From an uncultured Candidatus Saccharibacteria bacterium (GTDB lineage Bacteria > Patescibacteriota > Dojkabacteria > SC72), in NCBI GenBank assembly GCA_964514595.1, contig CAZEQZ010000001.1, positions 331,847 to 395,846 on the forward strand: a stretch of 64,000 nucleotides of DNA. The letters are read 5' to 3'. A model generated the notes under the pieces. The model ran no database searches. It was given only the letters and a program-made list of their open reading frames with translations, and was not told the origin of the DNA. A program made the position numbers and the translations under genes. Shown in pieces: positions 28,476 through 38,541 of this stretch. Numbering within the stretch: the first letter of the stretch is position 1; every line of letters begins with the position of its first letter.

Positions 28476-28859
28476 ATGAGTTATATAGATAATATAGAGG
28501 AACAGACATTGAATAATAGTAATTTTAGAAAGGTTCTATTTACAGGTAAATATATGCAACTAGTAGTTATGTGTCTTAAGGGTGGTGAAGATATAGGAAA
28601 TGAGGTACATAATAATGTGGATCAGTTTTTTAGAGTAGAGGAAGGAGAAGCTAAGTTTGTAATAGATGGAGTTGAGAGTGTTGTTGAAGAGGATATGGTT
28701 GCTATAGTTCCTGCAGGAGCAGAGCATAATGTTATTAATACATCTGAAACTGAGGATTTAAAACTATATACCATATACACTCCTCCTAATCATCCTGAGG
28801 GTACAGTGCATGAAACTCGAAAGGAAGCCATGGAGGCAGAGGAGGAACATCATCACTAA
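28476..28859 (+). CDS. Cupin-domain protein with His-rich C-terminus
   Basis: Cupin motifs G(X)5HxH-like (GNEVHNNVDQFFRVEEGE) and PAGAEHNVIN. C-terminal EEEHHH. 127 aa. Confidence 0.55.
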   Translation: MSYIDNIEEQTLNNSNFRKVLFTGKYMQLVVMCLKGGEDIGNEVHNNVDQFFRVEEGEAKFVIDGVESVVEEDMVAIVPAGAEHNVINTSETEDLKLYTIYTPPNHPEGTVHETRKEAMEAEEEHHH

Positions 28860-28876
28860 GTATAGCTTGGCAGAGA

Positions 28877-30445
28877 ATGGAAGATTTTCAATCAATAGAG
28901 GGTTCAGAAAAAGAAGAGAAATCTATTAGTCGAAGGGAGTTTCTAGGAACAATAGGAAAGGGAGCATTAGCAATGGCATTTATGCCCCATTTGGATATTA
29001 AAAATGAACAAGACTTAGTAGAAAACAATCCGTTTGCTGAGATCTCTCAATCATATGTTGCCAATAATCATGATGATGCTATTAAAGTTGCATGTAATCT
29101 TAGGGGTGTAAGTACGGCTTCTGCCGAAAATATATGTGGTCCTTTAGCGACTGCGATCCTCTTGGGTTACAAATTAAATGAAGATGGTACATTTAGTCAA
29201 ATTTGGAATGAAGATGTAAATAAGGTAAGGATGGAGGGTGATGTATCTCCTAATGATATGTGGTTAGGAAAATTTGATCACGAGTCGAGATTTAGATGGG
29301 CCTTTCCAGAAGAGAAATATGAACGTTATCGTATAAATGCTAGTGTAGGGAAATTAGATTTCAGTGATATCCCGGGTGCAAAAGAATTAGAAGTAGGAGA
29401 TTTTCTATATCTTTACGGTGGTTCTTTTACACACTATATAGCAATATCCAGGAAAGATCCAGATGGAAGGGTATACTGTGTCTCTAACGTTCATGGTGAC
29501 TACAAGGAGCATTTTGAGATAAGGGAGTTAATGCTTTGGGATCCTAAAACAAAGGATGGATTTTTCAGACAATGGGCAAGAGGTGCAGGAGGATTAAAAG
29601 CTACAACAGGGACCAAAGGTTTTTATATTGCAAGAAGAAAGACTCCTGGTGAGATACTTTTGGATGATACTGTCTCTGAAAAGTCACGCAATGTTTTATT
29701 AAATAAAATGCTGGAGAAAAAACAGGGCAATTGGAATGTGTTAATCACAGAGATGGGAGAAGGAAAACTTTTTGAATGGAGAAATGGGGCCCCCTATACA
29801 ACAGATTCGGCTATGAAGCTACCACTATCCATTTTCGCAATGAGAATATTTGAAGATATGCATAAGGAGATGATTAGGGCCAAAGGTTTAAAGGCTGTAC
29901 TAGAGGAAGAGATTTATGATAGAAAGTCATTTAATGAATTAATGGTAAATATGCTACAAAATTCTGATCCGAATGCAATACATAGCATAATAAAATATAT
30001 AAAGGAGAGTAGGAATATAGATGAAATAACATATGAGTTTGGAATGAGAGAGACTAGTTATAAACCTTCAAGAAGGACCTCGCAAAAGGACATGTTTAAG
30101 TGTTGGGATGAGCTTTATTCTGGGAAGTCACTTTCCACTGATTCCCGAAGCTACATTCTGCAAAATATTGCAATTAAACCGGAAGATAATACTTTCTTAT
30201 CTAACGAAATTAAAAAATATATTCCAACTGCCAAGTTATGGGGAGTAAGGGATGAGATAAGGGGACATGCACCTAGTACGCAAGAAAGTTGTATTATAGG
30301 AGTTGATTCCAGATACTATCATATTAGTATTGCAGGAACTTCTTCAGAAGGAAGAATACTAACCAAAGATGATGCTGAACAATTCACAAGGGAAATAATT
30401 AGTAATTTGGGTTCCTATTTGCAACAAAGACAAAGGGAGAAGTAG
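28877..30445 (+). CDS. Secreted protein with Tat-like signal (SRREFLGTIG), N-terminal C39-like papain-fold peptidase domain and C-terminal serine-hydrolase (beta-lactamase-like) region
   Basis: Twin-arginine-like motif SRREFL followed by a hydrophobic stretch. Catalytic-Cys context ENICGPLATAILLGY and His context FTHYIAISRKDPDGRVY fit the peptidase C39-like pattern. The C-terminal half has DSAMK (SxxK) and SDPN (SDN-like) elements. Confidence 0.4.
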   Translation: MEDFQSIEGSEKEEKSISRREFLGTIGKGALAMAFMPHLDIKNEQDLVENNPFAEISQSYVANNHDDAIKVACNLRGVSTASAENICGPLATAILLGYKLNEDGTFSQIWNEDVNKVRMEGDVSPNDMWLGKFDHESRFRWAFPEEKYERYRINASVGKLDFSDIPGAKELEVGDFLYLYGGSFTHYIAISRKDPDGRVYCVSNVHGDYKEHFEIRELMLWDPKTKDGFFRQWARGAGGLKATTGTKGFYIARRKTPGEILLDDTVSEKSRNVLLNKMLEKKQGNWNVLITEMGEGKLFEWRNGAPYTTDSAMKLPLSIFAMRIFEDMHKEMIRAKGLKAVLEEEIYDRKSFNELMVNMLQNSDPNAIHSIIKYIKESRNIDEITYEFGMRETSYKPSRRTSQKDMFKCWDELYSGKSLSTDSRSYILQNIAIKPEDNTFLSNEIKKYIPTAKLWGVRDEIRGHAPSTQESCIIGVDSRYYHISIAGTSSEGRILTKDDAEQFTREIISNLGSYLQQRQREK

Positions 30446-30458
30446 TATCGAGGTATTT

Positions 30459-31577
30459 TTATTTCTTGTATATTCTAGGGACTCTTTCACTGATACTAGT
30501 TAGCATATCCCAAATTGATCTTTCTGAGAGCGAAGATAATTTATAAAGAGAAATATTATCTCCCCACAACTCTACTGTATCGCCTACATATGCTTCTCCA
30601 GTCTTTCCCAGACTTACCATAACTTGATCCATACACACCCTTCCTGCTAGTGGATATATTTTATCATTAACATACACATATCCTTTATTTGACAATGTAG
30701 ATGGATATCCATCTGCATATCCTACGGGTAGGGTAATGATACGGGATCTGTTCTCCGTAGTATATGTTCTATCATATCCAACAGTATATCCTTTCTCTAA
30801 AACCTTAAAATATGATACTTTTGTAAAAAATTTCATAACAGGTTTTAGTAATCTTTGTATCTTAGGATTAAAACTGTATCCATACAGCATAAGGCCAGGT
30901 CTTGCCATATCAAAAAAGGAGTCTTTGTAATTGTTTGATACCGCACCACTATTTGCTAAGTGAATAATTGGAGGAAGTTTATAGTTCTTTTTAATATATT
31001 CCAATACCTTACTAAACCTCTCAGATTGTAAATATGTATATATTTTGTCATTAATAGAATCAGAAAAATGAGAGAATATTCCTACAATATTAATATTCTC
31101 TAAACTGTATGCTTTATCTATGAATTTTTCTTTCCTATCCCACTGTACCCCTATTCTACCCATACCAGTATCAATTTTAAGATGTATATTAGCACATTTT
31201 CCTAATTTCTTAGCCACTTTAGATATGTTCTCTATTTTTTCAATAGAAGATCCTGTCATATCGACATCATATTTAAGATACAATGGAACCTGTGAGTTAG
31301 TAATAGCACCTAATACAAGTATTGGCTTTTTAATACCATTCTCTCTTAAGTATATTGCTTCTTCCAAATATGCCGTGCCTAAGTAGTCTACATTTAATTT
31401 TTCTAATTCTTTGGATATTTCTACTAACCCATGTCCATATGCATTTGCTTTAACTACACCCATTAGTTTTGTATTTTTACCAATAATATTTCTAATCACC
31501 AAGACATTATTTTTAAGGTTATTTAAAGAAATCTCTACATAGGTCGGTCTGTTTTGGAATATAGGACTATTAAACAT
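30459..31577 (-). CDS. alr: Alanine racemase
   Basis: PLP-lysine motif VVKANAYGHG. Two-domain Alr architecture. 372 aa. Immediately downstream of ddl. Confidence 0.85.
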   Translation of the reverse strand: MFNSPIFQNRPTYVEISLNNLKNNVLVIRNIIGKNTKLMGVVKANAYGHGLVEISKELEKLNVDYLGTAYLEEAIYLRENGIKKPILVLGAITNSQVPLYLKYDVDMTGSSIEKIENISKVAKKLGKCANIHLKIDTGMGRIGVQWDRKEKFIDKAYSLENINIVGIFSHFSDSINDKIYTYLQSERFSKVLEYIKKNYKLPPIIHLANSGAVSNNYKDSFFDMARPGLMLYGYSFNPKIQRLLKPVMKFFTKVSYFKVLEKGYTVGYDRTYTTENRSRIITLPVGYADGYPSTLSNKGYVYVNDKIYPLAGRVCMDQVMVSLGKTGEAYVGDTVELWGDNISLYKLSSLSERSIWDMLTSISERVPRIYKK

Positions 31578-31578
31578 A

Positions 31579-32574
31579 CTAAGCGTTTTCTATGAAAAAT
31601 GTAATGAGTTTTGTAAAATTCATCCCAATGGCTTTAGCTTCTTGGGGAATTAACGAGGTAGCAGTCATACCAGGAAGGGTATTTGTTTCTAGAAAATATA
31701 TATCAGATCCTTTTATTAAGAAATCAGACCTACTGTATAGTCTACATCCAAGTAGTTTGTGAATTTCTATTGCTAATTTGGAAACTTGATCCCTTTGTTT
31801 TTTAGGAATACCAACAGCTGGTATTCTTTCAATAGAACCTCCTATATCGTATTTAGATTTATAATCAAAAAAAGTAGCTTTTTGGGGGATTATTTCTATT
31901 GGAGGAAGTGATATAAATGTACCATTTTTCTTTTCTAAACACCCACAACTCACTTCCACATAATCTTCTATAAGTTCCTGTACTAAAATCCCCCCACCAT
32001 TATCTTTATATTTGTCAAAATCCTTAAGAGAGTTTTTAACATCATTATTGTCTTTTAGCGGGTAGGCACACACACTAGAACCATCTCTATTTGGTTTTAC
32101 AAAAAGAGGTAGTTTACTGTTTCTGAGTATACTTTCTAAATCTTTTAATTTAATAAGTTTTGTTTTCACCTCAGGTAGCTTTAAATATTTATTAACCAAA
32201 GTACAAGATCTGTACTTATCCATACATAATCTACTTGAATATGAATCTGATCCTGTAAATTTGACATTGTTTTCTTCTAAGTATGTTTGTATAACACCAT
32301 CCTCACCAAATTGACCATGAGTTGCTAGGAGAACTAAATTATACTGTTTTAACTTTTTAATACCACTATCCAGTGAAATGGGTTTGTTTTTGATACTGTT
32401 AATAGATAGTGGTTCTAGAATCTTTGTAAAAGAAAATCTCTTTTTTTTGTCTACAATACATAGCGATACTAAATATCTTTTGTAATCGATATAGTTAAGT
32501 ATTGATTGAGCTGTGGAAATAGACACTTCATGTTCGCTGGAAGGACCACCACATAATATGAGGACCTTTTTCAT
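31579..32574 (-). CDS. ddl: D-alanine--D-alanine ligase
   Basis: N-terminus KVLILCGGPSSEHEVSISTAQS typical of Ddl. ATP-grasp C-terminal region. 331 aa. Confidence 0.85.
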   Translation of the reverse strand: MKKVLILCGGPSSEHEVSISTAQSILNYIDYKRYLVSLCIVDKKKRFSFTKILEPLSINSIKNKPISLDSGIKKLKQYNLVLLATHGQFGEDGVIQTYLEENNVKFTGSDSYSSRLCMDKYRSCTLVNKYLKLPEVKTKLIKLKDLESILRNSKLPLFVKPNRDGSSVCAYPLKDNNDVKNSLKDFDKYKDNGGGILVQELIEDYVEVSCGCLEKKNGTFISLPPIEIIPQKATFFDYKSKYDIGGSIERIPAVGIPKKQRDQVSKLAIEIHKLLGCRLYSRSDFLIKGSDIYFLETNTLPGMTATSLIPQEAKAIGMNFTKLITFFIENA

Positions 32575-32754
32575 ATATGGATATATTATATATGGAACCT
32601 ATTAATAATCAAGGAATCTCTTATATACTTTCTAATCATTCCATGTTATACTCCATCTTCGTTTAATGTAGATTCACGAAATAAGTACCTTACGGTTTAA
32701 ATTTTATATTCGGTTATCTATAAGAAACTGAAAATAAAATAAATATATACAACC

Positions 32755-33936
32755 GTGAGACATTATCACAGAAATAATGGAGGATATCGCCATAATAGAT
32801 ATAACAACAATACAAGAAGATCTAGGTATAAGCCAAATACAATCTCTGTAGACAAACTAATTGCAAAAGCAGTGGATAGTGAGCCTATGAATATGTTTGT
32901 AGATGATTTTGAGTATTCTCAATTTGAGATAACAAAGGTTTTAAAAAGAAATGCCTATGAAAAGGGATATAGTCACCCCACAAAAATACAGTACAAAGCT
33001 ATACCGGAGATATTAAGTGGAAAAGATATATTAGGAATAGCGACAACTGGTTCAGGAAAGACGGCAGCTTTCTTAATACCAATGATAAATAAAATTGTTA
33101 AGGATAGAAATAGTAGATGCTTGATAGTAGTGCCAACTAGGGAACTAGCTATGCAGATACAGGATGAATTTAGACAACTTTCAAGAAACACCGGTATTAA
33201 TAGTGTTTTAATAATGGGTGGTAATAGTATGAGAACTCAAATTAGTATATTAAGAAGAAATCCTGAGTTCATAATATCTACACCTGGAAGATTAAAAGAT
33301 TTGACAGAAAGAAGAGAAATTAATCTTTCTACTATAAATAACGTAATACTGGATGAAGTAGATAGAATGCTAGATATGGGATTTATAAATGATATTAGAT
33401 TCATAATTGATAGACTGAAAAAGGAAAGGCAATCTCTGTTTTTTTCTGCTACTATGAATAATAAGTCTGAGCAGATAGCGAATACTCTATTAAACAACCC
33501 TGTAAGGATAGAGATAGAGAAGCAGGAACCTGGAAGAAATGTTGATCAAGATGTTGTTAGATTAGATAGAAACGAAAACAAATTTGATGTGTTATTAAAT
33601 CTTCTAAAAAAGGAAGAGCTCAAAAAAGTTCTCATATTTACTGCTACAAAGAGAGGTGCAGATAATCTGTGTAGAAAATTAGGAGAGTCTAGGATATATG
33701 TTGAGTCTTTACACGGAAATAAGAAGCAGAATCAAAGGAGTAGAATAATTGATAAGTTTAAGAAAGGTAGTATTGATGTTTTAATAGCTACGGATGTAGC
33801 ATCTAGAGGATTAGATGTTAATAATATCTCTCATGTGATTAATTATGAAATGCCTCAATCATATGATGATTATATTCATCGTATAGGAAGAACAGGAAGA
33901 GCAGGCAAAAAAGGATTTGCTTTAACCTTCGTTTAA
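32755..33936 (+). CDS. DEAD-box ATP-dependent RNA helicase (DEVD variant) with Arg-rich N-terminus
   Basis: Q motif (YSHPTKIQ), motif I ATTGSGKTAAF, PTRELA, DEVD, SAT and HRIGRTGRAG. GTG start as given; the true start may be the downstream Met at about 32887. Confidence 0.8.
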   Translation: MRHYHRNNGGYRHNRYNNNTRRSRYKPNTISVDKLIAKAVDSEPMNMFVDDFEYSQFEITKVLKRNAYEKGYSHPTKIQYKAIPEILSGKDILGIATTGSGKTAAFLIPMINKIVKDRNSRCLIVVPTRELAMQIQDEFRQLSRNTGINSVLIMGGNSMRTQISILRRNPEFIISTPGRLKDLTERREINLSTINNVILDEVDRMLDMGFINDIRFIIDRLKKERQSLFFSATMNNKSEQIANTLLNNPVRIEIEKQEPGRNVDQDVVRLDRNENKFDVLLNLLKKEELKKVLIFTATKRGADNLCRKLGESRIYVESLHGNKKQNQRSRIIDKFKKGSIDVLIATDVASRGLDVNNISHVINYEMPQSYDDYIHRIGRTGRAGKKGFALTFV

Positions 33937-34400
33937 TCCTTAAGTAAATCTTTATACTCTTTTACAATAATTATCCCATTGTCACTCAGTAGTTGGGCCA
34001 ATATACCCTTTCCTTCTATCAATGTACCACTAAAGGTCCCGTCATATGTTAAGCTATATCCACACGAAGGGCTTTTTTCTGCTAATATAGCATGAGTGAT
34101 ATTAATTGATTTGCAAAATTTCAATATTTCCTGAGCACCCGAGACGAAATTACTGGTAACATCTTTCCCATCTTTTGTTAAAACTCTACCTTTTCCATTC
34201 AGTATGTCCTTTGCTGTATATCCTTTCTCTATTTCTGAAGGCTCTCTGGGTGTTGTGAGGCCTCCTAGTTGCTCTGCACAAAGAGGATAGAAATCAATGT
34301 TATTGATCAAAAGGAATGAAAGAAGATTTTCATCTAATTTACTCTTTCCATCATATCTTGTAGCCATCCCTAGCAAACAAGGGCTAACAAGTATCTTCAT
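33933..34400 (-). CDS. DUF523-family protein (TudS-like putative thiouracil desulfidase)
   Basis: ILVSPCLLG..RYDG, PLCAEQLGGLTTPR and EKSPSCG motifs match DUF523. 155 aa. Adjacent to upp. Confidence 0.55.
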   Translation of the reverse strand: MKILVSPCLLGMATRYDGKSKLDENLLSFLLINNIDFYPLCAEQLGGLTTPREPSEIEKGYTAKDILNGKGRVLTKDGKDVTSNFVSGAQEILKFCKSINITHAILAEKSPSCGYSLTYDGTFSGTLIEGKGILAQLLSDNGIIIVKEYKDLLKD

Positions 34401-34421
34401 AGTATTGCTAATTTAATTATT

Positions 34422-35066
34422 TTACTTTGTACCAAAACACCTGTCTCCACAGTCCCCAGGACCATTTACTATATAGAACTTCTCATTTAGGTCACTAGGT
34501 CCAAATACGGAGTATATATTAATATCAGGATACTCCTTTCCTATATTTTTTATACCCTTTGTAGCAGAATGTAAACAACATATAAGTACCTTTTTAGGTT
34601 TAACCTTTTTATATATCACATCTATGCATGCTAGAAGGGAAGATCCAGAAGCTAATGCAGGATCTGTTATTATCACAACCTTATTATCTAAATCCTCTAT
34701 TCCTCTGTTGTAATCAGTATCTGCTATTATTTTGTCTCCTTCCTGTCTTCTCCAGGCACTAATAAAGGATATACAACTGTTAGGGAAGGCCTCTCCCATT
34801 CCTAGAGCCATTGTAGTACCTGCTCTAAGTACATTGACTATTCCTATCTTGTCTTCATCTGTTATCTCGGATGTGAGTGAACCTAATGGAGTTTTAGTGG
34901 TTTCTTTTTTTGTAGGGAGTATATCTCTGCTAGCTAGGTCTATACCCATGTATAGACCTAATAATCTAGCAGACTCTCTATACTCATGAGGATTAATATC
35001 CTTATCATGAAGTTTCAACCCAATATTTTTTACTACTGGATTGTTAAGTAGAGTAAAGTTTGTCAT
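34422..35066 (-). CDS. upp: Uracil phosphoribosyltransferase
   Basis: PRPP-binding ITDPALASGSS (LDPMLATGGS-like). N-terminus LLNNPVVKNIGLKLHDK like UPRT. Start at the internal ATG overlapping the upstream stop as TAATG. Confidence 0.7.
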   Translation of the reverse strand: MTNFTLLNNPVVKNIGLKLHDKDINPHEYRESARLLGLYMGIDLASRDILPTKKETTKTPLGSLTSEITDEDKIGIVNVLRAGTTMALGMGEAFPNSCISFISAWRRQEGDKIIADTDYNRGIEDLDNKVVIITDPALASGSSLLACIDVIYKKVKPKKVLICCLHSATKGIKNIGKEYPDINIYSVFGPSDLNEKFYIVNGPGDCGDRCFGTK

Positions 35067-36109
35067 TACAATATTGCCTTTTCCCATATAGAAAGGGTAT
35101 ATATTTTTGTAACGTCAATATTTTTAACTTCTTCTATATACTCTGTAGCTATATCTACAGTCTGTTGAAGCTTTTCTAGATTGATGTAGAATAACCCTTC
35201 ACTCTCTCCATCATCTGCTTGATATAATTTTGCTGTTTCTTTAGCCATCCTTATTTGATGATCCTTTGCTGTTACATCATTAGCAGTAAAATCTAGGTTC
35301 ATTAAATCAACCGCTTCTTCTGGATTTGTAATAGCATATTCCCAACCTCTTATACTTGCTCTAAGGAACCTTACTAATAGGTCCTCATTGTTGTTTAGAA
35401 AGTCTCTTTTAACAAACAGAGCATCCTGAAGCATACCTGCACCCTCCTCTTCCATATCAAATACTGTGAAGTCATCTTCACTATATCCTTGTTCGATAGG
35501 TAGCCAATACTCGTTATATATCATCGCAGAGGCAAGATCTATTTCACCATTTAATAACTGATTCATATCAAAGTTCTGGCTTACTAATGTAACATCCCTA
35601 TCCTTATCCAATCCCTGCATCTCTATGAATGCATACGGTTCTAACTCATTTCCACCTGGCCATGTACCGATCTTTTTGCCTTCAATATCCTCAGGGGATT
35701 CGATACCGCTTTCTTTTAATGCCATTAGCCTCATTGCAGATCTTTGTAGTCCTTGACCAATATTAACAAGATCCTCTCCTTGAGATATAGCTGGAAGTAC
35801 ATTACCTGTCCACGCTACAGCGACATCTGCATCCCCTGCAATCAAGACATCTATTGGGTTTATCCCAACTCCTCCAGGAAGTATTTCAATATCTATTCCC
35901 TCTTCCTCATAGTAGCCTAGTTCTCTTGCAACAAGAAAACCCATGAATTGAGCTTGCTCTATCCACTTGAGTTGCAAGGTTACCGTATCCATATCACCCT
36001 TCTCTTCCTTGGGTGAATCCTTTAGGAAAAGGAAGTATACTCCCACTGCAACAAGAATAAGGAGTACAACCCCTATTAGGAGTGAACTAGAAGAATTTTT
36101 TTCTTCCAT
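35066..36109 (-). CDS. ABC transporter substrate-binding protein, NMT1/THI5-like (NitT/TauT family)
   Basis: N-terminal signal anchor. LQLKWIEQAQFMGFLVARELGYYEEEGIDIEI matches the NMT1/SsuA/ThiY-like fold. Confidence 0.6.
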   Translation of the reverse strand: MEEKNSSSSLLIGVVLLILVAVGVYFLFLKDSPKEEKGDMDTVTLQLKWIEQAQFMGFLVARELGYYEEEGIDIEILPGGVGINPIDVLIAGDADVAVAWTGNVLPAISQGEDLVNIGQGLQRSAMRLMALKESGIESPEDIEGKKIGTWPGGNELEPYAFIEMQGLDKDRDVTLVSQNFDMNQLLNGEIDLASAMIYNEYWLPIEQGYSEDDFTVFDMEEEGAGMLQDALFVKRDFLNNNEDLLVRFLRASIRGWEYAITNPEEAVDLMNLDFTANDVTAKDHQIRMAKETAKLYQADDGESEGLFYINLEKLQQTVDIATEYIEEVKNIDVTKIYTLSIWEKAIL

Positions 36110-36146
36110 ATTAAATAATTAAAAATTTAAATATATATGTACCTAT

Positions 36147-36908
36147 CTATACTTTCTGCCAAGGTGTTAACTTTTTTTGCAAAGCCTCTACAGAGAAATA
36201 GAAGATAGTTCCAAATATCGCTATATAGAATATGCTTGCCCATACTAAGGGAAGGTTGTACAGACCTTTCTTAGATAGTATAAATATTCCAATACCCCCA
36301 TAGCCTCCAAAAAATTCTGCTGTTATAGCTGAAAAGATTGCGGTAATTACACTAACCTTTATGCAATTCAATATAGAGGGAAGAGATTTGGGAAGAAGTA
36401 TCTTCTTTAATATATCTTTCTCAGTTGCGGAGTATGTAAGTAATAGGTCGTGATGATCTTCCTCCATATTTCTAAGTTGGGAAAGCACAGTAATGAACAT
36501 AGGGAAAAAGATTATCAAAGATATAATTAATATCTTCTGATCTATATTTGTCCCCATAATACCTCCTAAGATTGCTGAGAGCGCTATTAGGGGTATTGCA
36601 TTGATTAATACAAAGGTGTTTATTAATTTCCCAGAGATTTTCTCTTTCTTGTATATTAATACTGCTACTAGAAATCCAACAACATTCCCAATTATCCATC
36701 CCGGAATAATCTCTTTTGTAGTATATAAAAGTTCCTTTACTATTATGTCGTGTTGATTAAAGGCAACCACAAATATTTCACTGGGCTTTATTAGTACTGC
36801 CCTTGAAACATTTATGATATCTAATACAACTTCCCAAAGGATAAAGAATAAAATAACTGAGATTATTGAAATAATTAATGACTTTTGATTATTAACAACT
36901 TGCTTCAT
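36147..36908 (-). CDS. ABC transporter permease (NitT/TauT family)
   Basis: 6 TM segments. Conserved permease loop region LPKSLPSILNCIKVSVITAIFSAITAEF. 253 aa. Confidence 0.55.
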   Translation of the reverse strand: MKQVVNNQKSLIISIISVILFFILWEVVLDIINVSRAVLIKPSEIFVVAFNQHDIIVKELLYTTKEIIPGWIIGNVVGFLVAVLIYKKEKISGKLINTFVLINAIPLIALSAILGGIMGTNIDQKILIISLIIFFPMFITVLSQLRNMEEDHHDLLLTYSATEKDILKKILLPKSLPSILNCIKVSVITAIFSAITAEFFGGYGGIGIFILSKKGLYNLPLVWASIFYIAIFGTIFYFSVEALQKKLTPWQKV

Positions 36909-37677
36909 TTAGATACCCCCTAACCTCTTTAATATATTTAAAATACTGAGTACTGTTTTCCTCCTTCTCCCTAGGATATGCAAGATCAATATTAACTATC
37001 TTGTGTATAGTGGAAGGTTTCCTAGAAAGTACTATTACTTTTTGAGAAAGGTATACTGCCTCATCAATACTGTGTGTTATGAACAGGATTGTTTTTTTCG
37101 TTTTTCTCCATATCTTAATAATCTCATTATTCATTTTCCTTCTATTAATTTCATCTAAGGCTCCGAATGGTTCATCCATCAAAAGAAGCTCAGGATCATA
37201 GGCCAGTGCTCTTCCGATAGATACCTTCTGTTGCATGCCTCCTGAGAGTTCACTAGGTCGATACTCGGCATATTCGTTGAGTTCCAAGAGATTAAGTAAT
37301 CTGTTTACTTTTTCTTTTTGCCTCTCTTTTGAATACTGCATTATTTCTAATGGAAGGGTGATATTGTTGCGAACATTTCTCCACTCAAGGAGTGTTGCTC
37401 TTTGCAGTATAAGGCCAAGTTCTCTGTTTTTAGATGCTGTTTCTGGTTTCTTCCCCAATATTCGAATACTGCCCTCTATTTTGCATGAATCTTTTGTTGG
37501 GAGACCGCTGAGTAATCTAAACAGGGTTGATTTTCCACATCCTGAAGGTCCTATTATGCAGTTGAATGTTCCTTTGGATATGCTTAGATTTATATTACTT
37601 AAAACATTCAAATCTTTCCCATCTCCTTGAAAATTAGCCGTCAAATTTTTAACTAATATTGCTTTAGTATTGTCCAT
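36892..37677 (-). CDS. ABC transporter ATP-binding protein
   Basis: Walker A GPSGCGKST. Signature LSGGMQQK. Walker B LLLMDEPFGALD. 261 aa. Confidence 0.8.
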   Translation of the reverse strand: MDNTKAILVKNLTANFQGDGKDLNVLSNINLSISKGTFNCIIGPSGCGKSTLFRLLSGLPTKDSCKIEGSIRILGKKPETASKNRELGLILQRATLLEWRNVRNNITLPLEIMQYSKERQKEKVNRLLNLLELNEYAEYRPSELSGGMQQKVSIGRALAYDPELLLMDEPFGALDEINRRKMNNEIIKIWRKTKKTILFITHSIDEAVYLSQKVIVLSRKPSTIHKIVNIDLAYPREKEENSTQYFKYIKEVRGYLNEASC

Positions 37678-38530
37678 ATTTGTATTTGGTAGATATATAT
37701 TTTTCTAAGTAGGAGATTAGTTTAAAGAAGAGTAATGATATTAAGGATATCAGTATCACACTAACCCATACCCTTGGTATTAATTGGTTGTTAAAAGAAT
37801 TGTATATGTCTTTCCCGATACCATTTCTTACAGAGAGTGGTAACTCTGTAATTATGGTTGCAACTATACTCGAAGTGGCAACTATCTTCATTACAGAAAG
37901 TAATGGTGGGATTAAGGATGGGAGTGTGAGGTATCTAAATAACAGTAATTTCTTTTGAGTGTATGTATGGAGTAATAGAATATAGTTTTCAGGTATATTT
38001 ATTATTGAATTCTTTATTATTATTGCTATTGGAAATATTGTAAACATCACAATTAAAACTATCTTTGTAGTTTGTCCATATCCTAATATCGCTGCCATAA
38101 TAGGTGCTAAGGCAGGTACAGGTACTACCTGAGTCAAAAATAGGAATGGGAAGAGGATAGAGTCTAATATCTTGCTTCTAGATAGTAATATCCCAATAAT
38201 ACTTCCAATAATAAGTGAGAGAGTAAATCCAATTAAAGCATCTTTGAAGCTGTATAGTGATTTAATTAAAACTGTTTTATATGCTGTAGATTTAGGAATA
38301 AAGAATTCCTTCTGTATAAAATCAAGAAGATCTGTTGGACGAGGAATAATTCTTTTTGGGATGTTAAACTTGATTGTTATAAATTCCCATATTAGTAAAA
38401 GAATTGCCAGAAAGATTATGATTTTAACAATTTCTATAATCTTTTCCCTTTTTATGCAAAAAAAAAGACCAAATAGGTCTTTTACTCTGGTCTTAATATT
38501 CTTTAGTTTTGTTTTTCTTAGAGTAGTCAC
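37664..38530 (-). CDS. ABC transporter permease (second membrane subunit); N-terminal about 30 aa uncertain
   Basis: Polytopic. Permease loop LPSLIPPLLSVMKIVATSSIVATIITEL. GTG start at 38530. A strong hairpin plus T9 lies within codons 17-25, so the true start could be downstream or the N-terminus may overlap a leader or attenuator. Confidence 0.5.
   Translation of the reverse strand: MTTLRKTKLKNIKTRVKDLFGLFFCIKREKIIEIVKIIIFLAILLLIWEFITIKFNIPKRIIPRPTDLLDFIQKEFFIPKSTAYKTVLIKSLYSFKDALIGFTLSLIIGSIIGILLSRSKILDSILFPFLFLTQVVPVPALAPIMAAILGYGQTTKIVLIVMFTIFPIAIIIKNSIINIPENYILLLHTYTQKKLLLFRYLTLPSLIPPLLSVMKIVATSSIVATIITELPLSVRNGIGKDIYNSFNNQLIPRVWVSVILISLISLLFFKLISYLEKYISTKYKYGQY
38457..38484 (-). terminator. 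Terminator-like hairpin (AAAAGACC-TATTT-GGTCTTTT followed by T9) inside the 5' end of the operon: possible attenuator
   Basis: 8-bp stem and a 9-T tract on the minus strand. It is preceded by two mutually exclusive hairpins at 38515-38536 (TCTTAGAGT/ACTCTAAGA). Confidence 0.3.
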
Positions 38531-38541
38531 TCTAAGAGTAC

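Noticed and set aside
32755-32890. Arg/Asn/Tyr-rich 45-aa N-terminal extension of the DEAD-box helicase as a separate feature
   Set aside because: It could simply be spurious upstream extension from a GTG in the ORF track, since the conserved helicase core begins near the Met at about 32887. Without TSS data it was not split out.
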